From assembly GCF_009914755.1 (NCBI RefSeq), contig NC_060927.1: a stretch of DNA of 64,000 bases. The stretch is one strand, 5' to 3'. Shown in pieces: positions 1-64,000 of the stretch. This DNA comes from the human T2T-CHM13v2.0 reference genome, Homo sapiens. Below the pieces are notes generated by a model. The model made no database searches and was not told where the DNA came from. It worked only from the letters and a program-made list of their open reading frames with translations. Position 1 is the stretch's first letter. Each line of letters begins with the position of its first letter. The position numbers and the translations under genes are program-made.

Positions 1-164
1 CCATGAACAAACAGTAAGGGACAGGACCATATTCAAACCCAGTCTTTTTACTTTAAGCCATATTCTCATTTCATTCCCTACACTGCGTAGTAAGAAGCTG
101 GTTCACTCTAGATTCTTGTGCCTGGCATGGGACTTTGCCCATGGATATTGCTCTATCTCCAGAT

Positions 165-376
165 AGATTTTAGACTATTGACATTTTGGACAGGATAATT
201 CTTCGTTGTGTTATGGAGGGGGTTGTCCTATGCATTGTAGGATGTTTGGCAGTATCCTTGGTCTCTATTCATTAGATGCCACTCATACCTCATCAGTTGT
301 GGCATCAAAGGTATCTTCAGACATTGTCAGATGTCCCCCCGGGGACATAACTGCCTTCCATTTGAGAACTATGGCT
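165..376. mobile_element. MER20-like hAT DNA transposon
   Basis: ctattgacattttggacaggataattctt...gggggttgtcctatgcattgtaggatgtttggcag...ttgagaactatgg. Confidence 0.7.
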
Positions 377-435
377 CTGTCTGAATCCAGCAGTTCGATC
401 TTCTGATAGCTGTTTTCTTTTGTCTTTGTTCTCAG

Positions 436-16612
<16,177 letters not shown>

Positions 16613-16675
16613 AGTTTATGTTTCTAATGTGTCACAGAATAGGACGATATGATTCTACAACATAATCAACTCCCT

Positions 16676-16681
16676 ATTAAA
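16676..16681 (+). terminator. Candidate proximal NIT2 poly(A) signal ATTAAA
   Basis: ATTAAA 64 nt after the stop, followed by a U-rich tract at about 16696-16705. Confidence 0.6.
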
Positions 16682-17426
16682 TTCTTTAATGAAGATTTTT
16701 TTTTTAATTCGGCCTTGTCCTTCCTAGGTTCTCTATTGAGATGAGAAAGCCTCATTATGCTGACATTTTCCACGCCACATTAAATAGTTAAAAAGGATGC
16801 AGCCTGGAGCCAGAGAGCAGAAAGCTGGGCTGGTTCTGAAGCTTCTTCCATACTTAAGTTGCCTCCAAGCAGTTTGTGAAAGTATCAGATCTTGGTATCC
16901 TGGTGATTGATTCACCTAATATAAATATATTTGTGTCATGAACCTCTTATCCCGTTGCTGGAGTTGTAATCTCCATCATCTAGAAAACGTGGTCTGGTGC
17001 TATTCTTTTCCAAGCAGTACCTTGAAGTTCCATTTTTGGTTCATGAGTAGCTATAGAACGCAAGGTGATACATCTTTGGTGTTTGCCAGAGAAGTTGGCA
17101 GCCCCACCCCTCCTACCAGCCTTTGCACTCTTCAAATTTAAAAAGGAGCTACTTATCAACCCCAGGCCCTTCTGGTCTTAGAGGAAGGACTGGGCCAACA
17201 AAGAGCACCATGGGAGAATGGCAGTGGTGGCATTTAGTGAAGACAATTTAGTATGAATGTCTGCAAAAGATTTTTTTGATAGCGTTGAGTGTCTGAAAGT
17301 CCCATTATTTTTCTTTTTTCTTTTTCCCCAGTAACACTTTCTAGCTCCACGGATAAGGAATCACTGAACCTAGTAGTTCTTAGACAGCTTGGTTTGAGAA
17401 TCCTTTTGCGGTTAAAAATTAGGGAC

Positions 17427-17535
17427 TGAGCCAGGCGCAGTAGCATGCGCCTGTAGTCCTAGCCACATTGGAGGCTGAGGTAGGAGGATCCCTTGAGTCC
17501 ACAAGTTTGAGTTCAGCCAGAGACCCTATCTCACT
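17427..17535 (+). mobile_element. Alu monomer (FLAM-like)
   Basis: gccaggcgcagtagcatgcgcctgtagtcc...gagaccctatctc. Confidence 0.7.
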
Positions 17536-17959
17536 ATATATATGTATCTCAAAGACTTCAATGGGTTTTTGCTTACATGGGCCAGTAATTGTTGAACAAC
17601 CAGCTATTTGAGAAAAAGCCCTGATTTTGCTGCTTTTCATGGTGTAAATACTTAACCATGGCTGAGTTTGAGCTATCTGCATGACACCTCTAAACACAGA
17701 GTTGGGAATAGATGTGCACAATCAGCTCTGGGGAGCTGGTGCAATCCTGCCCTAGCACACCACTGGTTTAAGATAGATATATCATATAGATATTTACCAT
17801 TTACCATATTGGAAAGTAAAATGGAGAAAAATTTAAAACACAAGATACATGAGCACACATTCCATTAGCTATTAAGGTGATGGACACGGTGTCCAAATGA
17901 CACGGTGTCATTTAACTTCTGGAAAACAACACTGTGTACTGAGAACAAGAGAAAGACAA

Positions 17960-18515
17960 ATGACTTTTTTAAATTAAGTTTTTAATTTACAATTGATGCA
18001 TAATTTTACTTTAAAAAAATAAGTGTGCAATTTGGTAAACTTTGACATATACAGCTATAAACCACTCCAATCAAGATAACATATTTACCACCCCCAACAG
18101 TTTCCATGTGCTGTATTATAATCCCTCTGGCTAGTCCTTTGTCAATCACTGATAAATTTTATTACTATAGATTAGCTTGCATTTTCTAAAATTATATAAA
18201 AATGAAATCATGCCATTAGTGCTTTTTCTGTATGTCTTCTTTCACTCAAAATCACTTGGAACTCAAAATTACTTCTTTCACTCAAAATCACTCAAAATTA
18301 CATACTCTGTATGTCTTCTTTCACTCAAAATTACTTCTTTCATTTTTAGACGGAAGCATTTAGACCTCAAAATTACTTGGAGATTCATCTGGTATGTGCA
18401 TTAATAATTCATAATTCATTCCTTTTTTATTGCTGAGTAGTATACAATTTGTTTATCCATTTATCTGCTGTTGGAGATTTGGGCTATTTCCAGATTTTGG
18501 CTGTTGCAAAAAAGC
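17960..18515 (-). mobile_element. Old L1M 3' end fragment
   Basis: ttgctgagtagtat...tttatccatttatctgctgttggagatttgggctatttccagattttggct. Confidence 0.6.
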
Positions 18516-18944
18516 AACCTCACAGATCCTTTTAAAGGATGTCAGGTGCTTTCAGGTAACCCTAGACTATAGTACCACTGCTCTCTATCCTAGCAGGCAC
18601 ACTGAAAGTTAAACCTTGTAATAGTGCGAAATCATTTTCTTTTTTAAAAATATATTTTCTTACTTTTATATATTTTACTCAATCTCATGACAGATTACAT
18701 TTTCTTTTTTAAATAGAAAGTCTTACTGTAAAGCCCACATCTGTATAAAAAAATGAAAGAATGATCTGGTTGATGTGGATGTGTGGAACCTAGGAACCTT
18801 CTCTTGGATTTTCTCTTATTCCCCAAAAAACTTCATTTCCTCTAAAGAGCTGCTCAGAAGTTTGAAAACCAGTGGACAAGCCATCCTAGCTGTCTTGATG
18901 CTAGAGAAGCAAAGACGCTTTACAGAGATGTAGCATTCCTGTAA

Positions 18945-19452
<508 letters not shown>

Positions 19453-21664
19453 TAAATGAATTGTCCTTTTAGTGGTATGTCAGGAGATCTTGCCTTCTGG
19501 TACTCTTGAAAAATATGAAAAGAAACAACTGAAGTAGGCATCTCCTATAATTAGTATGTAGCATTTTATTCTCAGAAAATGTGTGGTAACCTGGCCCTGG
19601 ATTTTACCTTTTTGCAAAGTGATATCCGAATAAAATGAACACTAGATTCCCACTTGGAGTGGAAGAACATTGCAGTTGAGGCCTTGGGTAAGTTTTAACT
19701 GCCATACCCCTGTACTCCCCGACTTTCTAATGAATTAGACAATGATGTTTTATTTTTGTTTTTTGTTTTTGCATAATACTTTGAAGTCTGCTATCACAAG
19801 TTGTGAACCTCTATCTCTTGCAGTTTAGGTAAGGCAACACATTTAATGAATTCACATTTAAGTGAATTCCTCACAGGGATGACGACCTCTGTTGAAATAG
19901 GTCAGGATGTGCAGTTTGTGGTGAAAGTTCTACTTGACTTTGACCTAGCTGTTTGAAGCTGAGAGCTAACAGATAATAAGTGTTGCACTGGTTGCAAATG
20001 AATAAATAAGTAACATTATGGGGTTTTAAATGACCAAGGAGTAGATTGTGACATCGACTGGGTATTTAGGGAAGGACTCCTTCCTGATACCAAAAGTTAG
20101 GTCTGTGCAAAGTACACCAAGTGGAAAAAAGTTTAGACAAGAGTTTAGGTTTCAAGATAAATGTTCTGCTCTATTGGCACTGGTTTTAAGTCTTTTGTGC
20201 TACTTTTTAGGCATTGCTGTGTAAGTTTTGGTGGTGCGTGGGTACAATGAAGCCAGGAGGGATAGAAAGGGAAATGATGTGTGTGCTGCAGGCTAAACAG
20301 GGGCTCTTCCTTATGCCTCATAACCACCTGTGTGTGACAGTTTCACATTTCCTATCAAATTATTATCTTCATTCATTTCTACTTGTGAATGAAGTTCGGA
20401 GACTAAGAAAAAGCCAGCTGTTGGAATAGAAAGCACTTTAGGATAAAATGGTCTTGTTAAAATCACCAATTAAAAAGTTAAGCCCCTGATGTACAAATAA
20501 CTAAAACACATACATACAAAGACAGTGCTTCTTGTTCAATGATTTACTTCACAGCTGATTCATAATCAAATGAACAAGAATCTGCAAGAACAGAACATGG
20601 TGGGCAGGGTCCAGTAATTCCAAATGTTGTCATCCTAGCTCTTCCTGAAGCATATTGAATCCTCCAAGTATATCCCGTTGTGCTAACTAGGCTTTAAGTC
20701 TTTTGTCTGTAGATTCATTCTCAAAGTTTCTCCCTCAGAACAAAGAGCACGCCATCCTGTAAAGTACTCTTCCTGATTTTTTTTCACCCAATTTCTTAGT
20801 TTCTTTCAATTGCTTTTCAGACCCCGGCAGGCAGATTCTGCCCTCATCTGTCCAGTGACACTCTTCTGGCAGATTACTAAAGACCGATTTGTAGACCTGT
20901 CCATGTGGCCTCTCTCAACACCATTGGTGTGACCTTGCTCATACTGCCTCTCTCACCACTTAACATTGTCCCTTAGATGTTAAAGGCCCTTATATTAATA
21001 GTTTTATTTTAGCTCCTTTACATTTTATTTTGTCCTGAGGAATCTCAGCTACATGCATGGTCTTCAATATATGCCGATAATTCTCATTCACATAGCTCTC
21101 CTGTTGGCTTTTCCCCACTCGTTTAAAAACAACCACTTCACTTTGCTGGACTCTACCTTGAATGCCTCATTTTCAGCTCACACTCATGCTGTGCCTTTAT
21201 TTAGATTTGTTGTGGTTGTTTCCCCACATTCTGGAAGCTCCTTACCTAAATCCTGTTTATTCCTTAATGCTTAGCACAATTTATTACTCTTGTTTCCATG
21301 GCACTACATTGTACTTCTGTTTTAGAGACTACCTTCCTCTGAAGCATATGACAGGTTCATTTACTATCCAGCCCACCAAAACTCAGTTTTTGAGCTCCTC
21401 TATGTTCATCTTTTTATGGCTAACCCTCACCATCATGAGTGCTTAGTAAATGTTGAGTTGGAATGAATTTATTCCTACAGGTTGCACTTGCTCTCTCACC
21501 AAGTGTTCTGGCCAAATAATTCTGGAATGATTTCCTTACCTTAAGGGAGTCTGATCTGGGAAGAGCCTGGGACGTGATGTAACTTCATATGCTGTAGAGC
21601 TGAATATTCATTTACTTAAGATCTTAGCTCCATTAGAAAGCAGTGAAAGCAGTGTTAATTCAGA

Positions 21665-21928
21665 GGCCGGGTATGGTGGCTCACGCCTGTAATCCCAGCA
21701 CTTTGGGAGGCCAAGATGGGCAGATCACTTAAGGTCAGGAGTTCAAGACCAGCCTGGCCAACATGGCAAAACCCCATCTCTACTAAAAATACAAAAATTA
21801 GCCGGGTGTGGTGGCACATGCCTGTGATCCCAGCTACTCGGGAGGGTAAGGCAGGAGGAGGTTACAGTGAGCCAAGATCACACCACTGTACTCCTGGGCA
21901 ACAGAGTTAAACTGTATCAAAAAAAAAA
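21665..21928 (+). mobile_element. AluS with an internal right-arm deletion
   Basis: Alu consensus with degenerate TSD gcagt(g/a)tt. Confidence 0.85.
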
Positions 21929-22069
21929 TGCAGTATTGATTTAGAGCTAAGGTCACCTGATGCTCAGGCCAGTAATTTCTCCCTGCATCATGCTGTTGTC
22001 TAAGGCAGACACTGTAAAGCTCTACACTGCTGAAAAACTAAGCTTGAGATGCATAAAAGAACACATAGA

Positions 22070-22497
22070 GATGGGGAGTCAGTTCTCCATACATTTTGTG
22101 AGTAGAGGCATTGGTGTTTTGTTCCAAACTATCCAATCGAGAATGTTCATATAATGACAGCTTTGGAAGGTAGAGACTATCTTCCTCTGGATCATAGGAC
22201 AGGTTTGTTTACTATCTGATACAGTCAAAATAGTGTTTCCCTCTAATGCGAAAGTCAGGCCAGTTTGCTTGTGACCTCATTAGATTTGGGCTGTGACGCA
22301 AACCCACTGCATGTGCAGTATCCACCTAGCTTGCCCTGTGTCACTCCCATGGGATCTGTGGCTCAAACTCATGTTGCTTGCTATGTTCTAAATAATTAAG
22401 TCTGTTGTCTGACCCAGGAGTCTCATGTCTTCTGCCAGCATTCAGAAAACTAGTTTTCAAGAAGGGTAACATCTTAGACCTTTTACAGCTCTTGACA
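22070..22497 (+). mobile_element. ERVL solo LTR (LTR40-like)
   Basis: gcaaacccactgcatgtgcag...tctgacccaggagtctcatgtcttctgccagca...tcttgaca. Confidence 0.55.
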
Positions 22498-23284
22498 CAG
22501 AGCAATATTGAGAAATAAAATCAGGTAAAAGTTATTTAATATAGCAGTTCATAATTTAGGCCATGGATCATCTCTGCAGAGAATCCTACCATGCTGCATT
22601 CTTGCTTTAAACCTTTCGCCCTCTAAAACAATGCCCAAGAGCCAATGTTAGTCATGGTCTTCCTGTATTTGCTCTAGGTAAGCTGTTTCATAGCCTTCCA
22701 GGACAACACTTGCACAGGTTATCTTTAAGCACCAACAAAAGAAATGGAGAAATTTGAGCCATGTATCCTGAGCTCTGAAAGGCAGCAATCATCTTGACCC
22801 CAAGCATACACCATGTTCAGCTTCCTCCCCTTGGCCAGGTACCACAGCTACTTCTATCCCAGTGATCAGCAGGCCCTCCAGCATGAAGACCTTTGAGAAG
22901 GATCTATAGCTGTCAACTCCTAATATGATTTGTGCACTATCACCTTGAAGTAAACCAGACTAGTTATTTTCATGCTAAGAGTCTGAAAACAGTGCCTTCT
23001 TTCTGATGTCTCTTGTAGAATATTGGCAGAGGGATCTCAATTTTTACTTTATACCTGAAGGGCAGCTTTTTGGTCTGATAGTTATAGTGCAATCATTCAT
23101 ATTTTAAATCACAAATACCCCCACTTGTTGATGAAAACTCCAGTCTGTGGCATGGGTGTACATTCACTGCCTAAACCATCTTTGGCCAAAATTTGTGTGT
23201 ATATGAAGTCATTCTACTTTAGCATACTCAAAGGCATTCCTTTAAACCATTTATCTGCTTGTACACAATAGCCAAAGGAATATT

Positions 23285-23720
23285 TGTTACTATGGCTGAT
23301 GTAATAAACTATCATCACAAATTTAGTGGCTGAAAAAAAACAAAGTTATTCTCTTTTACTTCTGGAGTCCAAATTCATGGGGCCAAAATGAAGGTGTTGG
23401 CACTCTGCTCTAGGGCAGGATCCGTTTCTTGCCTTTTCCAGTTTCTGGTAGTTGCCAACATTCTTTGGCTTGTGGCCACATCACCTCCAGTCTCTGCCTC
23501 TGTGGCAACACTGCCATCTCCTCTTCTGTCTAAAACCTTCCTCTTACATAGACATTTGTGACTGCATTTTAAGGTCACCAGATCATCTAGGATAATCTCC
23601 CCTTCTCAAGACCCTTCACTACATCTGCAAAGCCCATTTTTTGCCAACTAAAGTAACATTCACAGGTTGCAGGGATAAGGATGTGGCTGTCTTTTGGGGA
23701 ATCATTACTCATCCTATCAG
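23285..23720 (-). mobile_element. MaLR LTR (MLT1-like)
   Basis: cacaaatttagtggct...ttcttgccttttccagtttctgg...cacatctgcaaag...ggataaggatgtgg. Confidence 0.7.
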
Positions 23721-24467
23721 TGTGGTAAAGCTTGCAAGTAAATTAAAATTTTGTCACTTTGTTCACAAATCAATTTAGCAGAGGATGGGAATAGGACTAA
23801 TTATAACCCGTATCCCCACAACAACTCCTAAGTTATTTCCTTATAAATACAAATTCCATACAGGACAGTCTTGGGTAATTGTTATTCTATACTCCTAAGT
23901 TTCCTGGTTTGGCTATATTGTCCTCCTGTTATAGTCTTATAACAATTAGTTGACTTCTACAGGTACAAACTACTATTTAAACTACAATTTGAGTTCCCAG
24001 AGGGCAGAAAGTTCTGTCTGAACTGTTTTACAGCCAAAGTTGCTTTTTATTGTTTTGGGATGTATTCTCTACTTATACCACAATTTTCGAGGATGATTAT
24101 TTCAGGTATGCTTTCTGAGAGACTCCACGTGGTTGAGAACTATGATCAATCTCACTGGTGAAACCAGATTCAAAATAAACTTATCCACAGGGTCCATGTC
24201 TGATTGGCAAGCTTCCAGGCTGCTGTGCATGTATGGGTAAGGTAGAGGCAAAGAATGAAATAAGTTGGCTCTACCAGCTCTCCGTGGAGCCTTGTTTCAC
24301 AGTAGGAGGGGTGGATGCTCTCAAGAAACTCCACCATTCATACCAACAAACTTACTTTGCTTCATATGCTAACATTTCCTGTATGTTCCTATTTTCAAAG
24401 TTATTTTGAGTTCACAAGAGATTCACTGTGAATTTACGCAATAGCATAATAAATGAATAAACTACCT

Positions 24468-24764
24468 TTTTTTTTTTTTTGAGACGGAGTCTTGCTCTGT
24501 TGCCCAGGCTGGAGTGCAGTGGCGTGATCTCAGCAGGTTCACTGCAACCTCCGCCTCCCGGGTTCAAATGATTCTTCTGCCTCAGCCTCCCAAGTAGCTG
24601 GGACCACAGGCGCCCACCACCACACCCGGCTACTTTTTTGTATTTTTAGTAGAGACGGATTTCACCGTGTTAGCCAGGATGGTCTCGATCTCCTGACCTC
24701 GTGATCTGCCCGCCTCGGCCTGCTAAAGTGCTGGGATTACAGGTGTGAGCCACCATGCCCAGCC
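24468..24764 (-). mobile_element. Alu (Sc/Y-like) with TSD taaactacct, just beyond the TOMM70 3' end
   Basis: Alu consensus; direct repeats at 24458-24467 and 24765-24774. Confidence 0.9.
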
Positions 24765-24817
24765 TAAACTACCTATCTTTCTATTTAAAGAATAGATAGA
24801 AGAGCTTGAATGTAATA

Positions 24818-24823
24818 TTTATT
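24818..24823 (-). terminator. Candidate distal TOMM70 poly(A) signal AATAAA (3' UTR about 2.1 kb)
   Basis: tttatt on the + strand; last AATAAA in unique sequence before the Alu at 24468-24764. Confidence 0.6.
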
Positions 24824-25914
24824 TGGTGAATTTACATGTGAGGTCATTTACAAAAGAAAGATACAGACAGATGCAGCTTTCAGTGCAGTTTCAAACATTT
24901 TCACAACAGGCAATAGTCCATGAGAATTTGGAATGACAGTATAGAATGGCACATGCTTCAGTTTCCTTTGTGTTTCTCTACCCAACCCCAAGATGAAAGA
25001 AGGGAGAAGAGTAGAAGAAAATGTCAGTGTTAATGTAAATACAGCCATGCAAATAAAAACTTTTTTAAAGTCAGAGGTCATTCAGAGATGTAGAACATTT
25101 CTGTATTTGGGGGTTATCAGAAGGTGCATAATTTAAAAACAAAATGCAGCGGTCTCAAACTTCCCATCATCCAAATCATCTTGAATTATATTAACTGCAC
25201 CAACTAATTAGTGACCTCCTCAATATTTTCCAAAGATTGACTTTGAAAGGGAGTCATTTCTAATAGTTTCTAAAAAAGATAGCATTTGTAGACAAATCTT
25301 TTTGGTTTCAACAGAATTAAGCACCCTTAAGGGGTGTAAAAATGCTCCTTTACTCCCAACAGTGTAAACCATAATTATAATTCGTTCTTAAATAAACCTC
25401 TCCCCATCCTGAGTATTTCAAAACAAAAGACCCCTGAAGAACACAACCCTTCCCTCACCAGAAAAATCTAGCATATAAGCAAAAGGATGGTCTATAAAAG
25501 TGGAAAATGGAAATAAATCGTAAAGTGATTTCTAAGTAAGGAGGTGGAGTAAAGCTTAAACACTGTCAGTACCCCTAGTGAAGACCTGGACCTGGGTAGT
25601 TAGTCCTTAGAGATCAAGGTTAGCTCACTACAAAAAGCACTCTACATGTCCTCAGCATCTTCAAAAATAAGTGGCTCAAAATTCCTTAAGCACATGTAGC
25701 CATAGTTAAAGCACTAAACTTGTTATTTCAGGAAATACTATGCTCTGGCTCCAAGTCTTACATCCTTTTTGACCCTTTAGCCACATGTCCTTCACGAGAA
25801 ATTTTAAGCTATTTTAATACTCCCATATATCACACTTACTCTACCTTTATTTGGGTTTTACATACAAGCAATCTGCACTTTGATTTTAAAAAAGTTCTAA
25901 AATTTTTTAAAGGA

Positions 25915-26070
25915 TGGGGTCTTGCTATATTGCCCAGGCTGGAGTGCAGTGGCTATTCGCAGGTGCAATCATCATGGCACATTACAGCCTCGAGCTCCTG
26001 GTCTCAAGCCTCTTGCCTCAGCCTCCCTAGTAGCTGAGACTATAAATAGTATATACAGTGCCACTGTACC
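25915..26070 (-). mobile_element. FAM-like fossil Alu monomer in the TOMM70 3' UTR
   Basis: Retains the 7SL/FAM segment ggctattcgcaggtgcaatc that dimeric Alus lack. Confidence 0.65.
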
Positions 26071-26618
26071 CTCTATCCTACATTTTTAAAAGCTCACCAT
26101 TAAATAGTACTAATTATTATAGAAAATAGTCACAGACAATTATAAACACACTACTGTTTCATCTTACCTCTTTGTCTGGTCCACTCCCCCATCAATACTC
26201 AGTCTTCCAACACATATATCAATTAGAATATTTTGCATCTGCATAATTTACTGCAAGAAAATCTGCTGTTGTGGACTTTAAGAAGAATGTACACTATCCA
26301 TTAGAGTGGAAAGGGGCCAAGAGGATTAATAAGTGCCACCAAGTTTCTAAAACTGCAGAATCAGAGGCATTGTGCATGCTGACAATGGTTTAAAGGGTCT
26401 CTCAATTTTACTTTAATCCCCCATTTAACCTTTGTTTCTTTCAAAAAATCAACTGAAAGCGGTTAACTGAATATAAATCTATTTTACAGCATTTACTACG
26501 TTAATTTAAAAATCAACATGCTGTAAAATACTTACATTATTCACACATATATAGACGGAATCATCCAGAACATAATCAACTGCCAACCCCCCTTAAAAAA
26601 AAAATCAACAAATCAGTT

Positions 26619-26664
26619 TTTATTTGCATGGCCAATTATCATTTGTACTCTTTGCAACTTTATT
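26619..26664 (-). terminator. Two candidate proximal TOMM70 poly(A) signals (AATAAA at 26664-26659 and 26624-26619)
   Basis: Two tttatt on the + strand, followed on the - strand by a GU/U-rich tract. Confidence 0.45.
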
Positions 26665-26906
26665 TAAAAATCCCTTTAACATGTTCTAATCTTTTGTTGC
26701 ACAGGGAATAAAAGCTGCAAGACTGCAAACTTCCTTCAACAGCCACACCCACAACACCTAGACATGAAACAGATGTAACAAATAACAACACCACAAACAG
26801 AAATACTGATTTCCACCATTCAACACAGTTCATGACAGTGTCTTTAGGGTTCAGTTGAAGAGGGGGTAAACTTTTAAAAAGAGGGTCAGTCTGCTTTCCC
26901 CCTGTT

Positions 26907-62308
<35,402 letters not shown>

Positions 62309-64000
62309 GACAAGTGTCCTCTGCCACCGCCTCCCTGTCTGTCGCGAGCGCCACAATCACCAAACAGCGTGCGAAGGAAGACCGAGGGAGGGAAGGAAAG
62401 CAATGAGCGAGCGAGCACGCTAGGCAGAGAGAGCGGACGACAGAAAAGGGCCAGAGGTCACCGGAAGCCCAGGGCATGCCGGGCCAGACCTGGCCGTCCT
62501 TCTCCTCCAGTATCAACCGAAGAGGGAGAGGAGGGGCGGAAATCACTTCCGGGTTAAGGGAAAGCGTGGGTGTGAGTAGGAGTCTTCGGAAACCCTTTTT
62601 CTTTCTTTTCGCCCCGCTGCTGTTCGGGAGATGGACTTCTGGAGTCCCCGTCGTAGCTGGTGTTGTCCCCTCTACCTTCAGGAAAGAAGGGCAGATGGCC
62701 CTCTTGCCTACTGAAGCCGAGGAGGGGCGCGTATACAGCGGGCTAAGGGCGCTCAAGAGATCCGAGTGGAAGAAAAAGCAGCGGCACAGCACTGGAATGG
62801 GCGGGAGTGGCAGAAGAGTTGTGAAGGCTATTGGCTAGCAAGGGTGGTGGGCGGGGCGTAGACCGAGCTACCCAGTTTACTGGTCGATTTCGGATCCAGT
62901 TTTCCAGTTATAGCCACGTTGGCACCTCTTGAACCTCTGTGGCCGTTAGCACGGTTTTCTGCCCGCGTGCCCGAGAAACCAACGGATTAGAAGGACTTTT
63001 AAAGATGTGTGAGGAAAGAGCTCACCGCTGAAGAAGGCTGCTGCATCACTGAACTTCTTATCACTAACATAGCGAGATTTTAGTTTGGACGAATTTGAGG
63101 TTATAGGGGAGATAGCGATGGCAGAAGACTAGGTGGAAATGGCACATCTAGGTTGGCTGCAGTCGAAACGGTTTGAGCGTGGTCGCTGTGGCTCATCGTC
63201 GGCACCAATTAACGAAGCGATGACATCTGCGTTGTTAGGGGTTTCTTAAACTGAGTTGGTAGAAATGCGAAGCGTCAGGGTTCCCGCCGGCTTCGAGCCT
63301 TTCTTGGCGTATTTGTATCTTGAGCTGATTTCTGCGTCAGCCCACATCTCGCTCTGATCCGCACACCCCCCGGGTTGTTTTGCAGTAGCAGTCTCAGCCC
63401 TCTTCTCGTCTCATTCCCAAATCGTAATTTCAGTTCACAGCTTTTTATCTATAATAGCTTTATCAACTCTTTTTCCGATGCTCTGCACCAGATCTCTTAA
63501 AATATAAAATTACCTTGCAAGGTATTGTTTGGAATACACGGTATTTTCATGAAGACAACTATTAATAGAAAAATCAGAGTCCAGAACTATGGTTCTCCAT
63601 TTCTGGTATACTGGTTTGCAGAAGCCTTACATTAAAATTTCATAAATGATTGTTCTGCTGTTAAGTGCAACAACATCACAGTAGAGCTACATAAAGATTG
63701 AAAGGAGATATTTTATCAAGTGGCACCAGAATGGACTGATTAAAATAGAATGGCCTAATTGGAAAGAATTTCAGGATCACCGGTTTCTCCTGCTTCATGT
63801 AAGTTCCTATTAGTAAATTGCCTTCAGGCAATAGGGTTTCTTAGCAACAGACTAAAAAAATGGGCTAAAAATAGCAGTGGAATTGAGTTGATCGTTGCAG
63901 GCAATAGGCTTTTCTCCCCTCCTGATCCCCCAATCCCCAAAGGCAAATTTTCTGCCCCTTAATATAAGCTCTGCCTTGCCTTTTTCAGAACACAAGTTAG

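Noticed and set aside
18227-18381. Repeat-spacer look resembling a CRISPR array
   Set aside because: Eukaryotic locus, repeats only about 11 bp, irregular spacers made of repeat pieces, and no cas genes.
62309-62356. 16-codon in-frame N-terminal extension of TOMM70 from a TTG
   Set aside because: Near-cognate start in poor context directly after a TGA; the ATG at 62308 has good context (GTCATGG).

Overview
Primate, most likely human, genomic DNA matching the NIT2/TOMM70 locus (recognised from the encoded proteins; the chr3q12 location and the neighbour LNP1 come from my recall, not a search). The + strand carries NIT2 (omega-amidase) coding exons 2-10 (436-16612); exon 1 lies upstream of the window. 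The - strand carries the complete 12-exon TOMM70 CDS (62308-26907, 1827 nt, 608 aa), convergent with NIT2. A CpG-island bidirectional promoter with ETS/GABP, GC and CCAAT boxes sits at about 61950-63420. All exon boundaries were read from GT-AG sites, and the frames sum correctly. The rest is repeat-rich intron: more than 40 Alu copies or fragments, L1, MER20, Tigger3, MER1B, MER58, MLT1 and solo LTRs. Most short ORFs in the track are Alu or L1 artefacts. I see no new protein-coding system. The most unusual structures are: a twin-primed inverted L1PA that keeps its TSD but lacks its poly(A) tail; a 139-bp duplication or long-TSD Alu event; a 59-bp tandem duplication beside the last TOMM70 acceptor; a pre-miRNA-like hairpin; several template-switch palindromes and microduplication mosaics; nested inverted Alus; and G-quadruplex motifs. 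Repeat boundaries and subfamilies are approximate.
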